Shown here piece by piece: positions 61,801 through 64,000 of a DNA stretch of 64,000 nt. The notes beneath the pieces were generated by a model. That model saw nothing but the letters and a program-made list of their open reading frames with translations. It had not been told where the DNA came from and did no database searches. The DNA is from Oikopleura dioica. Taxonomy: Eukaryota > Animalia > Chordata. Position numbers and translations under genes: made by a program. Position 1 is the first letter of the stretch. The number at the start of each line of letters is the position of its first letter. The DNA lies in NCBI GenBank assembly GCA_907165135.1, contig OU015569.1:1922001-1986000 (forward strand). Reading direction: 5' to 3'.

Positions 61801-63535
61801 GCACTTCCGGCTCCGGGGAAATTACTCTGAAGAGAGGCTTTACCAAAAAATAACCATCGGAAATTGGCGCCTTTGTGTGTTTTATTAGGACGATTAGCAT
61901 GATTCCTCGCTGGTTATTTTCTCTCTGACTCTAACTTCCTCGTGACGTACGGCTTTAACACCAATTACCGTTATTGCAATCAACTTTACGAGTTTGATTT
62001 TATTGCTTGTTCCATCTAGAATACTTACTTTTATGCTGCTAATTAGGAGAGTTAATGAGATGGACTTCTGATAAACCCTCTCTCTGCAGAAACGAAGAGG
62101 ATTTTATTTCTTTTAAAATGAAGCGATCTACTTTCCGAGTCGAAATTCTATATCTTTGAATCTTTGGCAAAGTTCTGATAGATTAGTTCTCGCTTGAGTG
62201 CTCAAGAATAACAACTGATGGTTGCTCGATGCGAGTATAAGTCGCCCAAGCAGGCCAATTTCATCGTAAACGATGATTTACAACAGGCACGCGCAACACC
62301 TGCCCTACTACAGTAACATACAGTAGCCAAGAAGTGAAATATACCGACGGCGCGCACAAAGGGATGATCTTCTGAGGGTAATCCAGTTTATGGTCCCCTA
62401 TTATCCCCAACATACTGACAATGCGACTCGCGCTGGCTCCCCGCCAACTGCCGATAGATCTCGGCTCCTATCGCCGACGATTTCAGAAAAAAAAACGAAG
62501 CAGGTTCAGAAGAAGGCTGGAAAAAAGCCAAAGTATGGACAAAACGCTCTTAGCGAAATTATTAATGCCCAGCGCTTTCAATTTCGAGTGCTATCGCAAT
62601 TTCAGCCCTGACAAATAAAACAATCAAAAATACTGCAAGACTTGGTCAGAATATTTAAAACTGGAAGGCTTCGATTCCAAGCTTTTAACTTTTTAATTCG
62701 CTGAGTCGATAAGAGCCTGTCATTTTTGTACTTTGAGCGTCAGCTATGTTTATGCCGAGTTTGTCAGAAGTCGCCTTCATTTAGGCTCCCGTAGTCCTTG
62801 ACCCTGTTAGCGCTGCCATGTCCCTATTACTTTATGGGCCATCGGCGCCATGTTTGAAAGTGGCTTCTTGTCTGATCTCGGTTCCGCCCCGCCGCGCGTT
62901 TTGATCTCAATCAGCAGAACTCGCTGCTCAGAAAAGAAACTCTCAGGTACTTTCTACTGGCGCCCATCCAAAATTACTTTCAATCCGAAATCGCTCTTCC
63001 TTGATTCACGAGTAAATTTTCGTTGAATTTTAAACCATTCAACAGTTTAGTCCAACGAACTTCGCTGACGATAAAAGAAGATAATTTATTCATGTCTTTC
63101 GTGAAGCGTCACATCTTTTTTTTACTTTTTTCGTAATTTCACAGTTTTCACAAAATGTTCAATTTTTTTTCTTTCTTTTTCGTTTTTTCTTGTGCCGAAA
63201 ATTCGGATCCGCAAAGTGTCCATTACTTCGAGAGAACACATGATAACGGAAATTCTATTCAAGGGACTCAGAGTGTTCTTGAAGCAGTATGCGAATCCCC
63301 GACAGTGCAAGGAAACTTACCAGGTCGAGTTTTGCTAGCTCTCTTCGTTGATTTCCTCCGTTGAAATCAATTCGAAACTCGAGAAAGGGGTGGATGTGAA
63401 ACTAAAATGGAACTCTCTGGAATCCTGGATAAAAGATCCAAACCAATCAAGATTTATTAATAAGACGATTCTTGTTAGAGAATCTCTCGAAAAATTAAAG
63501 ACGAAAAAATTCATAAATTGGCGAAATCAAGCGTA

Positions 63536-63748
63536 CAGTAAAAACCGCTGGTTTGGGACACCTGAAAATCCTTCTGGTTTGGGACAGTCGGGCGAATTAA
63601 CGATCAAAGGCACGCGGCCACGGGGGTGTTTTTAAACTGACCGCTTTACCCGGAAGGCGAAAGTGGCGCGCGAGAGCAAAAGTGAAAATACTTCTAGTTT
63701 GGGACACGTGGGTGGACTAGGGGTGTCCCAGACCAGCGGTTTTTATTG
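63536..63748. mobile_element. Tc1/mariner(pogo)-type MITE, 213 bp
   Basis: TA at 63534-63535 and 63749-63750. TIR CAGTAAAAACCGCTGGTTTGGGACACC versus CAATAAAAACCGCTGGTCTGGGACACC (25/27). Internal repeats of GTTTGGGACA. Confidence 0.85.
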
Positions 63749-63818
63749 TACAAGAACTCAACGTATCAATTTGTAGGCAAGCTCCTTTCTTAATTATTTC
63801 GTGCTTACGATGTTTAGC

Positions 63819-64000
63819 TGTCGAAGTTGGCGGAGTCGACAAAGAGATGGTTGCGTTTCCCATCAATGGTTCAGTAATGGTCAACGCTGTTATCTGTCAA
63901 CTCGCGGATGATGGTCACAAGTTTAATGACTTTCTTGGAGTTTACTGGCATTATCTGCTTGTTTCACAGCCGTTGGTTTCAAGAACCACATCCTGGATCG
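63819..64000 (+). CDS. Possible exon of a gene continuing beyond the window
   Basis: After a gtttag acceptor, an open frame AVEVGGVDKEMVAFPINGSVMVNAVICQLADDGHKFNDFLGV runs to the edge. No motif recognised. Confidence 0.3.

Noticed and set aside
63122-63635. ORFs near the right end
   Set aside because: Partly formed by the MITE, with conflicting strands and no recognisable product.

Overview
Eukaryotic (animal) genomic DNA, not prokaryotic, so most of the supplied ORF track is exon fragments or noise. The genome is very compact: many introns are about 32-55 nt, some donors are GC or GA, and co-oriented genes sit about 90-300 bp apart with T-rich AG acceptors just before the ATG. This fits an Oikopleura-like appendicularian tunicate with SL trans-spliced operons (inference). 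Recognised genes, left to right: a large unidentified minus-strand gene, TPP2, RABL2, TNRC6/GW182, TRAPPC13, PSTK, a CPEB2/3/4-type gene, an orphan gene, ORC3, ORC5, ATP2C1 (SPCA), MAN1B1 (with an antisense gene nested in one intron), a Gly/Ala-rich small protein, a FLYWCH-like zinc-finger gene with a triplicated exon+intron unit, a secreted EGF+ZP protein, tRNA-Phe(GAA), and a 16-EGF Jagged/Serrate gene with long introns. The most striking observation is a TPP2 intron that is, end to end, a TIR transposon with a target-site duplication and is removed exactly by splicing (introner-like). A second TPP2 intron, with a GA donor, looks like a decayed case. Other highlights: a 576-bp fold-back element carrying four perfect CRE sites inserted about 30 bp upstream of a start codon, with an empty paralogous site in the window; candidate alternative N- and C-termini for CPEB; and a GW182 lacking its RRM. 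Homology calls rest on recalled motifs of the human/fly proteins, not database searches. Exon boundaries are manual predictions.
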